From the IMG/VR virus record IMGVR_UViG_3300036766_002286: a DNA stretch of 64,000 nucleotides. One strand, given 5' to 3'. This DNA is from a virus. Its lineage: Duplodnaviria > Caudoviricetes. Shown here in pieces: positions 19,660 through 28,121 of this stretch (the stretch's first letter is position 1; every line of letters begins with the position of its first letter). A model generated the notes under the pieces. It was not told where the DNA came from. It worked only from the letters and a program-made list of their open reading frames with translations, and did no database searches. Both the position numbers and the translations under genes were made by a program.

Positions 19660-19904
19660 GGTAATAATTTATATCAACCGCAAGTCTTGGCGTCTTCAAC
19701 TGTGCCAACAAGAACTGCAAGCTTGGTTGGTTCTGTTTTCGGGTGTTCTTGTCTCTTTTCATCCATGTCTCCATATTGACTAGGTACATTTCTGTAACTT
19801 TATATGCTAATATGACATTAGGCGCTAATATGATATATGGTATAGTGTTTGCTTTTAAATTTTATCTAAAACTACTTATAGATAAGTAGTTCAATATTAG
19901 CGTG

Positions 19905-20021
19905 TCACCAGCCGTTAATGTATAGGAAGTACCACACCTCGGCTGCAAATAACGCAAGTAGCAATACTGCCCCAACTATTTTCATACATTTTTTCATCAG
20001 CATTCTAGAAATATCATACAT
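19905..20021 (-). CDS. Small single-pass membrane peptide (38 aa)
   Basis: Manual translation MYDISRMLMKKCMKIVGAVLLLALFAAEVWYFLYINGW; downstream hairpin aactacttat/ataagtagtt at 19870-19891. Confidence 0.4.
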   Translation of the reverse strand: MYDISRMLMKKCMKIVGAVLLLALFAAEVWYFLYINGW

Positions 20022-20207
20022 CACATTATACTCTATCAATATATTTTGGTAATAATATTAAATATTTGCTATTGTGTAGACTCGGGCCGAACTGTAACAA
20101 ATAACGCTAAAAGCAAGCATCATATAGGTATTTTAGTTACTTAAGCTGGCCAAAATAATTTTGGCCAGCCCCTTGCTTTTTATTACTTTGCCGACATAGT
20201 AAGTAGT

Positions 20208-20309
20208 AACTCATCAGGTGCTTTCGGAGCATCAGTCAAACCGGGTACCCGGTACAGGACACTGGTCCAATAAGAATGAGCCGAAGCAATAGCCTAGGCT
20301 CATTTTTTT
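20208..20309 (+). ncRNA. Candidate structured small RNA / riboswitch-like element
   Basis: Promoter TTGCTT-16-CATAGT (20173-20200), no start codon at +1, three GC-rich hairpins, then terminator AATGAGCC/GGCTCATT plus T-tract. Confidence 0.5.
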
Positions 20310-20331
20310 ATTTTAAACACTGTTTTCGAAT

Positions 20332-20703
20332 TTACAATGAATACGGATAGTCACTGCCGTAATTTATTAATATTTCTTGACCAGCTTCTATTGCTTTCGT
20401 AGCTATTAATTTGGCTGTTAGTTTTTTACAATTTAAATGTATCTTTGCATTTGGCTTATTGTCGTGATTTACTAGAGAAATATATCCAAGTACCATGACT
20501 ACAGAGTTTACATCCCACTCAAACACATAGCGTCCCACAAAAGAGGTATCTGTAATTTCGGAATCTGGCACTAATAGTATATGGTCTGTCGTAATAACTT
20601 GTCCTCGTTTTATACGCATGCTCGCAACCACTCCTCGGCCATGTATCGGAGAGTTCTGGACGGTTGCCAATTCCTGATTCTGTAATTTTTTCTTGGTCAC
20701 CAT
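20332..20703 (-). CDS. SET-domain protein (putative lysine methyltransferase)
   Basis: SPIHGRGVVA, LVNHDNKPNA, EILINYG. Confidence 0.9.
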   Translation of the reverse strand: MVTKKKLQNQELATVQNSPIHGRGVVASMRIKRGQVITTDHILLVPDSEITDTSFVGRYVFEWDVNSVVMVLGYISLVNHDNKPNAKIHLNCKKLTAKLIATKAIEAGQEILINYGSDYPYSL

Positions 20704-20770
20704 ACTAACTATTGTGCTATAGTAGCACTATATGGCAATGTATGGACTTTTTTATTTATATAACTATGTA

Positions 20771-21403
20771 TTAGGTATACAACCTATTCCAGTGTTTCTT
20801 TGGCATTATACAGCTCGTCAGAATTGTCTCATCCATAGCAGCCCCCGACAACCAAGAGTCTGTTAGATTACACTGTGTCAGGTTAGCGTGCGAGAAGTCT
20901 GCATTTATAAAATTAACTCCTTGCATATCAGCCCCCTGTACGTCAGCATATTGTAGATTTACTCTGAGTGCTATAGCATCATTTAGACGAGCACGCATAC
21001 TACCTAATCCGGCTAAATTTGTATAACTTAGATCAGCATCAGTAAAATCTGCATAATCCATATATGTTCTTGTTAAGTTGGCATGATTCAGATCAGCTCT
21101 ATTAAAATTTGTATATACTAATAATGCTCCAGCCAAATCAGCAAAAGATAGGTTAGCGCCAATAGCTTTTCCGTTAGAAAAATTAGTTCTAGTTAGCATA
21201 GCGCCTTTTAGGTTCGCACCATTAAAATTAACACTTATGAGTTCTGTATCAGATAAATCAGCATAACTTAAATCAGCTCCACTAAAGTCGGCCTCATATA
21301 GGTTAGCCCCAGCAAAGTTCATTTTAGACAAGGTCATCTTAGACATACTTATTTTATTCTTTACAGCAACAACGACCTGGGCCGAAGTGAGAGTACTTTT
21401 CAT
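20771..21403 (-). CDS. Pentapeptide-repeat protein
   Basis: A(D/N)LXX repeats; start refined to ATG 21403 (AATAGT-7-ATG). Confidence 0.92.
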   Translation of the reverse strand: MKSTLTSAQVVVAVKNKISMSKMTLSKMNFAGANLYEADFSGADLSYADLSDTELISVNFNGANLKGAMLTRTNFSNGKAIGANLSFADLAGALLVYTNFNRADLNHANLTRTYMDYADFTDADLSYTNLAGLGSMRARLNDAIALRVNLQYADVQGADMQGVNFINADFSHANLTQCNLTDSWLSGAAMDETILTSCIMPKKHWNRLYT

Positions 21404-21538
21404 ATAGTATACTATTAAGGCACAAAAGTCCACAGCAACCAGGCTCACAGGATTAAAGAGAACCAAGAACCAGCCCGCTACTAGCTACTACGGTGCACAT
21501 GTGATTGCAGCTGGATGCGGCCTGTTAATAATTATAAT

Positions 21539-22024
21539 ATGACCAATTTTCCATTTCCGGCAATTTGTCCAGTAGCTGGTGTAAGTTTCAAGCAAATTGA
21601 AGTAGGTAATGTAAGACTTAAAGACAAAGTTCAAATAGTACGCGATGAGACAAACACTTTTGATACTTTTGCTTGTAAAGTATCAGTAGAAGGTATACTC
21701 GTCGGCTATCTTCCACGAAACATAGCTAAAAAACTATGTAACGGATCTGAAGCATTCACGTCATGGCCTGGAGAAGTTATTGAAATTCTTGTTGGTGTGA
21801 ATTTTACCGGTTTACGTATAAAAATTTCATCTCCAGCCGGGGATACGCCAGCACATCAGCCTAACCCAGACGCACCAGCAGAGCCATCTTTACGCGTATT
21901 CGCGCGGTCCGGTCGTCTTTTAGGCAATTTTATTAGCGAGCAGGCCACCACAGTATTAGTTCAGACCAAAACGGGCTCCGAGGTGTCTTACCCTAAACAA
22001 CTTGTAAAAATAGATAGGGCATAG
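21539..22024 (+). CDS. HIRAN-domain protein
   Basis: VAGVSF..., VRDETNTFDTFACKV, VGYLPR; short C-terminal beta domain. Confidence 0.85.
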   Translation: MTNFPFPAICPVAGVSFKQIEVGNVRLKDKVQIVRDETNTFDTFACKVSVEGILVGYLPRNIAKKLCNGSEAFTSWPGEVIEILVGVNFTGLRIKISSPAGDTPAHQPNPDAPAEPSLRVFARSGRLLGNFISEQATTVLVQTKTGSEVSYPKQLVKIDRA

Positions 22025-22053
22025 AAATATTAAAGGTTATTGTTGATAAAATA

Positions 22054-22089
22054 AAAAGGTCCTAACTCTTAATAGAGTCAGGACCTTTT
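22054..22089. terminator. Bidirectional intrinsic terminator
   Basis: AAAAGGTCCT..ACTCT-TAAT-AGAGT..AGGACCTTTT between convergent genes. Confidence 0.8.
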
Positions 22090-22093
22090 CTAA

Positions 22094-24739
22094 TTACTTT
22101 ATGACTGATATTTTGTCATGTTGCGCTAGCAAATTTTCAATATCTTTTTCAGCCACGACACTTTTGTCACTAAGACTGAAGCGAATATCAGCATCTGCTA
22201 CTGCTGGAACGTCAGGACACCAAGTTGCTAGTGCCTTTTCCATTATTTGTTTAACTTCTGCAGCCAGCTCAACTGCTTGAGCCAGATCGCATTCTATGAC
22301 AATAGAGTCATGTACTGCTTGTACCGGAAAAGCATTCCGATATTTAGGAAGTACCGCCCACAAGTCACTGCAATATTTCAGTCCTACGTCTGCTACAAGA
22401 GATTGAATAGGGTGGTTACGAAACTCGTTTCTCACCCGACCAATTTCAACTGTTAATGCCGCCGGTAACAAATATGTCTTTACTGCATCATCACCCATTT
22501 TTTGGGTAATAAATTGCAATAGTTCGTATTTGAGATGTTTATTGCTGCCTTCAAAAGCTTTAATACAAAAGGTTCTCTCGTCTTTGCAGAACGAGCAAAA
22601 ACAACCCTGTGTATCAGAAGAGCGACTATTATTACCGTTCGCTCTTTTCTTAGCTTTATCAGCACATCGGTTGATACCTACTGGCAACTTTAGCTTATGT
22701 AGTGCCGCGAACTCGCCGCGTAACTCTGCTATTTGCTCTTTTTCATAGGTGCTACAAATGAGTATCATAACTGCAGTAAGAATTCCTTCAAACTTGCTGT
22801 TTTTTGATGAATCCATAGGAATAGTAAACAAGCGTCTGCGTCCAGCTAAGTTACGTGATTCAAATGACCACGGTAGCCCATCTTGACGTAGTACGACTGG
22901 CGCACTGAAGGATAAAACCCACTGTACGATAGCAACATGTTCAGCTCTACATTCATCTAAAGTCTGATTTTGTGCAGCCGCACGTATAGCCAGTTCCGCG
23001 TCATTTAAAATTTCCATTGACAATTCAAGATCTGTTGCCGGATGTCCCAACCTACGTGTCAGCTCTTTAGCTAATAAAGACTTTTTGTCTTGATAAGGAG
23101 CTATAAGTTTATGTAATTCCATCAACTTAAAACTCATATCCCAGTCTATTACACCTGGATGTTTTGCTAAACTGTCTATGTATCCGTCTCGAGCTTTTAA
23201 CCACTCATTAACAGATGGATAGGACTTCTTATAGCGATTAAGCATATCTTTAGCCTCTTGTACAGAGGTATTAAGTTTGCCTTCGATCGTAAGTTTAGTT
23301 GCAAGTGCTGCAGCTCCAAGACCGTACGGTATACCGAAGTTTACGCTTTTAGCCTTTTTACGACTGTTGGAATAATTAGTCGGATCACTTTCCTTTAACG
23401 CTTCCATGTCTACTTTAAACATATCTTCTGCTGTTCTAGCATGAAAATCACCGCCCAAACGAAACAACTCACGCATACGAACATCACCAGACTCTTGTCC
23501 GATAACACGCAATTCTGCTTGAGATAAGTCGGCATGTACGAATACACGCAGAATTATAGAGCCGTCTGGCTGCACCTCATTAACTACTTCGAAGTATTCT
23601 TTCATCAAAGGAGAAAAGTTCTGTGCATTAGGTCCTGAAGACGCGGGTCGCCCGGTAGATATAATTCCACCGTGCATATACCTGGAGTGAATGCGCCCGT
23701 CAGGGGCCACTGTCAAGTTATCTCCGTAAGTAGACAAAACTTTAGAATTATTACGATACCGCAACAAAGCTTCAGCTATAGGGTGAACTATTTGCTTTAA
23801 CGCATTTTTATCGAGTTTGTCGCTTTTTGTTAAAAGACGACCGCCTGTAAAATCTTTCACAGCCTCAGCTGCCCAAGTATTTAAAGCATCGCGTGCTTGT
23901 GCTGATGAAGCAGGGTTCCATGACGGATCTTCTGACTCACCAAACAAGGTAACCTCAGATCCTCCGGTTAAAGAAGCTAGCTCACTTCGAGCACTTGCTA
24001 AACCAATTTCATGTTCAGCTAGTACTTTGTTGTGCCATGCTTCCATTTTGAAAGGCAGTCCTCTTTTTGTCATTTCCAAGAAAAACGGACGAGCCGCTTG
24101 TTCTAGATCGACTGAAACACTCAGACCGTCAGCAAAAACAATTTCATCAATACACATAGCTACTTTTAAGGTAACTAGTGCGTCAACACCAGCATAACGT
24201 ATCTGCTCTGCACTTAAATCACCAGCTTGATCGTAAGATGTCTGAGTAGTGCCTTTTCCAGTGAGCTCAAACCCAAGATATTTACGAGTCGCCCAGGCCA
24301 AACTATGCCAGCCACCAAATCCGGAGACTTCTGAGCGACCAAACCCAGAGACTCCTGTATGGAGTAACCCGTCTGAAAACATCGCATCGCGCCAGGATTG
24401 CACATTGCAACCAGCAAGTTCTAAAACCTGCTCATCGAAATTTGCATTCCAAGCATCAGCAACTTTTATAGTACTCATAGCTTTAGCTAAGGATGCAGTA
24501 TCAATATCTTTGACGTCAATTACAAATGATTGGTAGCTGTCTGTACCAAAGTACACAGCTACTGAAATTACTCGCAAACTTGACCAAAGACCATCAGGAA
24601 ATACTGTTTTAGAACACGTTTCCGTGTCCACAGCAACTCGCGAAGAGTTTTCAATTGCCGTAACCAGAGCGTCTAGTTGCGCGCTTTCGTTAATAAAAGT
24701 GATTGGGAACCTGCTCGGGTCCCATGTTAAAATAGCCAT
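22094..24739 (-). CDS. Family A DNA polymerase (3'-5' exo + polymerase, no 5'-3' exonuclease) with large insertions between motifs B and C
   Basis: VDTET, NANFD, YAGVD exo motifs; ADLSQAELRV (A), RKKAKSVNFGIPYG (B), NHPIQ, VHDSIVIE (C); SD aaggag before ATG 24739. Confidence 0.93.
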   Translation of the reverse strand: MAILTWDPSRFPITFINESAQLDALVTAIENSSRVAVDTETCSKTVFPDGLWSSLRVISVAVYFGTDSYQSFVIDVKDIDTASLAKAMSTIKVADAWNANFDEQVLELAGCNVQSWRDAMFSDGLLHTGVSGFGRSEVSGFGGWHSLAWATRKYLGFELTGKGTTQTSYDQAGDLSAEQIRYAGVDALVTLKVAMCIDEIVFADGLSVSVDLEQAARPFFLEMTKRGLPFKMEAWHNKVLAEHEIGLASARSELASLTGGSEVTLFGESEDPSWNPASSAQARDALNTWAAEAVKDFTGGRLLTKSDKLDKNALKQIVHPIAEALLRYRNNSKVLSTYGDNLTVAPDGRIHSRYMHGGIISTGRPASSGPNAQNFSPLMKEYFEVVNEVQPDGSIILRVFVHADLSQAELRVIGQESGDVRMRELFRLGGDFHARTAEDMFKVDMEALKESDPTNYSNSRKKAKSVNFGIPYGLGAAALATKLTIEGKLNTSVQEAKDMLNRYKKSYPSVNEWLKARDGYIDSLAKHPGVIDWDMSFKLMELHKLIAPYQDKKSLLAKELTRRLGHPATDLELSMEILNDAELAIRAAAQNQTLDECRAEHVAIVQWVLSFSAPVVLRQDGLPWSFESRNLAGRRRLFTIPMDSSKNSKFEGILTAVMILICSTYEKEQIAELRGEFAALHKLKLPVGINRCADKAKKRANGNNSRSSDTQGCFCSFCKDERTFCIKAFEGSNKHLKYELLQFITQKMGDDAVKTYLLPAALTVEIGRVRNEFRNHPIQSLVADVGLKYCSDLWAVLPKYRNAFPVQAVHDSIVIECDLAQAVELAAEVKQIMEKALATWCPDVPAVADADIRFSLSDKSVVAEKDIENLLAQHDKISVIK

Positions 24740-24900
24740 TGGAACTCCTTTTTGTAGGTCCAAATAAGTCCCGTATTATTATACAAGATAAGTATGATTG
24801 TTGAGTACCTACTATTAGCGCGTAACTACCTAAAACAACTGTTCTCTCTTCTTTTTATGCATTTAGCGCTTATAGTGTCTTTTAACTATAAGGAGCAAAT

Positions 24901-25266
24901 ATGACCACAGAAGAGACGCCAGAAAAAGAGTACGAGGTAGTAGATTCCGAGGGCGCCATTGTAGATCAAAAACTCTCGGAGCAAGCTCTTACAGACAAAC
25001 TTAATGCACTTATTGAAGAGGCAGTAAATAAGGCTGTTTTAGCAGGCAAACTAGATCGAGGCAGAAAAATAGTTGCAACCATAAACGCCGATGGTACTGT
25101 TTCTGTTTGTAATGATAAAAATCCAGACTTCACCTCTTTGGACCCTGACGTCGCTCCGCTACCAACTGATTCATATGAGCTTCCTGATTTATATAAAGGG
25201 ACAGAAGACTCCGTTGCTGACAGCGAATTTCATCAAAAACATCTAGAAAATCGTTGGGGATTTTAA
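24901..25266 (+). CDS. Hypothetical acidic protein
   Basis: 121-aa ORF with strong SD aaggag. Confidence 0.7.
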   Translation: MTTEETPEKEYEVVDSEGAIVDQKLSEQALTDKLNALIEEAVNKAVLAGKLDRGRKIVATINADGTVSVCNDKNPDFTSLDPDVAPLPTDSYELPDLYKGTEDSVADSEFHQKHLENRWGF

Positions 25267-25311
25267 ACATTATAATAATAAAGTTACCCTAATTACAGGA
25301 GAAATTATTTT

Positions 25312-25602
25312 ATGAGTGCTAGAGCCTCTTCCTTGCCACATACAGTCCAAGAATTACAAGAACAGCTAGCTAAAGGTGCACCAAGAAATTTAGATGAACT
25401 GAATATCTTATATAACAGGCTGTTTGGGGCATGGTCCCAAGTTGATATGGGACACTATTACATAGCAAAAGGTGACGCCAGTGAAGATCTAGAGCTATAT
25501 TCACAATTGATAGCTTTATATAATGAATTACTATCATTATACGATAATAGCAGTATGCCTCATACACGTGAACCTTTAAACCGTCCAGGCATCGCAAAAT
25601 AA
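25312..25602 (+). CDS. Hypothetical protein
   Basis: 96-aa ORF with SD aggag. Confidence 0.65.
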   Translation: MSARASSLPHTVQELQEQLAKGAPRNLDELNILYNRLFGAWSQVDMGHYYIAKGDASEDLELYSQLIALYNELLSLYDNSSMPHTREPLNRPGIAK

Positions 25603-25735
25603 TAGAAGTTCTTTAATGGCTATATTACCCCCAGACAAAATTCATTCAAAAGTTAAAGGTTTAAATATTTGGTCATTTTGCTATCGCAACAACAGTAAAG
25701 TAATATCAACATACTCTAAGTAAAGGAAACTACCA

Positions 25736-25966
25736 ATGCCCCATAACGATTCTTCGCTCTGTATTAACCCAGATAATAATATCTCTAAAAGGTGCTACTG
25801 CATGAAATGTGATCCTTGTGATTGCACTAAATGTGACCCCAGTTGGCCAGCACTTAGAATGGCTAAGTACACTAATTATCTATTAACTGCTCCAGATAGA
25901 AATCTTAGCCCAGCTGAAGTCTTCCTCCGCGAAGCAGCTAGAATGGATAACGTCGAGCAAAAGTAG
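25736..25966 (+). CDS. Small Cys-rich protein (two CxCxxC motifs)
   Basis: CYCMKCDPCDCTKCDP; SD aagga. Confidence 0.6.
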   Translation: MPHNDSSLCINPDNNISKRCYCMKCDPCDCTKCDPSWPALRMAKYTNYLLTAPDRNLSPAEVFLREAARMDNVEQK

Positions 25967-26169
25967 CCCGGCAATAACGCCTAAATATGTCCGGGCAACA
26001 ACTGGCATATCAATATTTATAAGGAGCACTCAGACATTATCTGAGTGCTTTTTATGATTAATGGCTGTTTTACTCTATTTAGGTATTAATAATTTTGAAG
26101 AGTTGTTTTATCCAGAACAGCAGCTATAGTATGTCTCGTACTTATATCCATCGATCGCAGGTTGCACTT

Positions 26170-27498
26170 ATGACTGATAAAGAAATTAAGCGACCGACTT
26201 CCGGATCGCAAAATAAATCTAGCAAACTGAAATTTAGTCGCCAAGACATAGAACGCGCTGATGGAGAAATTCTCTTAGCATTCGCTATTCTTGGCCTAGT
26301 TTCTAAAGAAAATACTCTTGTATGTCCAGTATGCGGAACCTCTCGTAATAAAAAAGTTGAGGTTAAAACATCTGCCTCTAGTGGTAGACTATATTGGACA
26401 TGCCACCGCTGCCCAGAAACTTGGGGCGGCTCTGCAATAGACTTACTAGAACAACACGGCGGTCGCACTTTTGTACAAGCCGTAAATGAATTGCTCGGTA
26501 TTGTCAAAGGAACTGCTACTGCTGTTTTACGCCCTAACATATCCATATCGGACGCGTTTAGTGCGGTCGTAGATGTAGAAATTTATGATGCCTTATGTTC
26601 CTATGGAAATCTTGAAGCCGCGCAACAATATTACGCTCAGTGGCATATAGATCCCATTTTCGTGGCTGAAGCCGGCGGCACTATGCTGCTTGATTGTGAC
26701 GCCATAATCAAAGATCTACTTGTTAGATTCGGACTTGAACGTCTTGTTCAATGCGGACTAGTTACTCAAGATAAACATGGTAATCCTGTGTTTTTATTTA
26801 GTAACGATTACTGTGTAATAGAACCTCACCAAGCTCCTAGCGGACATATTGTAGGTCTGCAATTTCGACCAAGTGTTGCTAGAATGGTTGCGATTACTGC
26901 GCACAAAGCCTGGAAAGCGCGCTGGAGTAATATACCAGACGCAAAAGGCAGTATACAAGATCCAACAGATGCCTGGCGTGAAGCTTATACAAAAGATCGA
27001 TCCGTGGGGCCAAAAATGCCTTATGTGACACCTTTTTTGTCTTTACGTGGCGGTACTCCAGATCATCTAGTGGGCTGTGGTTTAAAGCGTTTGCTTGAGA
27101 TTCCAAAAGGCAGCACCGTATATGTAGTGGAAGGTTTCAAAGATCTTCTCGCAGCCAGAACTCTAGGAGTAGAGGCTTACGCCATTCCTGGTACTGGGGT
27201 TATGCCTCCAGAAAGAAGCATAGAACTATTGCGTCAGCACAACGTCATTGCAATGTTGGATGGCGACGCTGCTGGAGCAAAAGCTCGAGAGCATCTGGTT
27301 AGTTATTTGACTGACCGCGGTGTAGCATGTAAGCCTTTTGAAAATATTCGTGAAGGCCTAGACGTAGCTGATATTTTAGTTGAACGGCACGCACATGCAC
27401 TATGCCAATGTCCCACATGTATACAGTGGGTAGCCAGTCATCCATATGACCCAAGCACTTGTCCTTGCAAAACCTGCAAGAAATCAAGAGCCAAATAA
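26170..27498 (+). CDS. DnaG-like primase (Zn finger + TOPRIM) with Cys-rich tail
   Basis: CPVC...CHRC zinc finger with GGSAIDL; TOPRIM VVEGFKDLLA and LDGDAAG; DVADIL; tail CQCPTC...CPCKTC. Confidence 0.85.
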   Translation: MTDKEIKRPTSGSQNKSSKLKFSRQDIERADGEILLAFAILGLVSKENTLVCPVCGTSRNKKVEVKTSASSGRLYWTCHRCPETWGGSAIDLLEQHGGRTFVQAVNELLGIVKGTATAVLRPNISISDAFSAVVDVEIYDALCSYGNLEAAQQYYAQWHIDPIFVAEAGGTMLLDCDAIIKDLLVRFGLERLVQCGLVTQDKHGNPVFLFSNDYCVIEPHQAPSGHIVGLQFRPSVARMVAITAHKAWKARWSNIPDAKGSIQDPTDAWREAYTKDRSVGPKMPYVTPFLSLRGGTPDHLVGCGLKRLLEIPKGSTVYVVEGFKDLLAARTLGVEAYAIPGTGVMPPERSIELLRQHNVIAMLDGDAAGAKAREHLVSYLTDRGVACKPFENIREGLDVADILVERHAHALCQCPTCIQWVASHPYDPSTCPCKTCKKSRAK

Positions 27499-27538
27499 AC
27501 AAGAGTCGCACCTAGTCATTAGGGCGGCTCTTGTTTTA
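27497..27538 (+). terminator. Intrinsic terminator
   Basis: AAACAAGAGTCGC...GCGGCTCTTGTTT plus T-tract. Confidence 0.7.
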
Positions 27539-27564
27539 TTTTATGGTTCCGATGCTGTAAGGAT

Positions 27565-28107
27565 ATGAGCCGCTTAGTCTATAATGATGACCCTACCTTT
27601 GTAACGAGGCCTTTTAGTGTGAGCGAAGTTGAAGCTCTTATTAACTGCCCTAAATCTGTATCCAAATCCGATATAAGCCATTTGCTTGAAAGACTGCTAG
27701 CAACCGTTAAGCAGGTTAAAGAATTGCGTATAAATCACGACAAAGAATTGCGCCGCCGTGGAGAAAACGACATCACAGACAGACTCACAAAAACAGCCAG
27801 CCCAGAACACGCAATTAGATACCTAACCACAGACCAAATAGATAAAATTTTTGACTCTCGGCGCCAACAGCAATTGGCCGCAAGCACCGCATTACGAGAA
27901 CGGATGGAACAAGAATTAGACCAAGTTCGCTCAGGAGTTACAGCCGCAATTGCTCTTTTAACTACCGCACAAGATACAATAGAACCAGGTTCACCAACTT
28001 CGGTAATGCTAGCAGATATTGCAAGCTTACTCCAAACAACGAAGACAGATATAGCTACTTTCAGTATAAATTCGCCAGTTACTAACCAAAGTACTATACA
28101 AGATTAA
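27565..28107 (+). CDS. Hypothetical coiled-coil protein
   Basis: 180-aa helical ORF. Confidence 0.6.
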   Translation: MSRLVYNDDPTFVTRPFSVSEVEALINCPKSVSKSDISHLLERLLATVKQVKELRINHDKELRRRGENDITDRLTKTASPEHAIRYLTTDQIDKIFDSRRQQQLAASTALRERMEQELDQVRSGVTAAIALLTTAQDTIEPGSPTSVMLADIASLLQTTKTDIATFSINSPVTNQSTIQD

Positions 28108-28121
28108 CGAATTAAAATATA

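Noticed and set aside
19674-19766. 30-aa ORF MDEKRQEHPKTEPTKLAVLVGTVEDAKTCG as a RiPP precursor
   Set aside because: No modifying enzymes nearby, and a competing overlapping frame is equally plausible
20180-20217. Hammerhead ribozyme on the minus strand (CTGATGA followed by a stem)
   Set aside because: The required GAAA after stem II is absent (AAAAAG) and no convincing stems I/III
20241-20262. Similarity of GTACCCGGTACAGGAC to the guanidine-III riboswitch
   Set aside because: The upstream conserved CGAGG segment and pseudoknot partner are missing and no transporter gene follows
22420-23200. Intein in the DNA polymerase
   Set aside because: No C/S-start or HN-C/S/T end motifs and no homing-endonuclease blocks; the conserved GRRR element lies in the middle of the extra sequence
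27565-28107. DivIVA-like assignment
   Set aside because: Only vague N-terminal resemblance; lacks the RGY...EVD.FL signature
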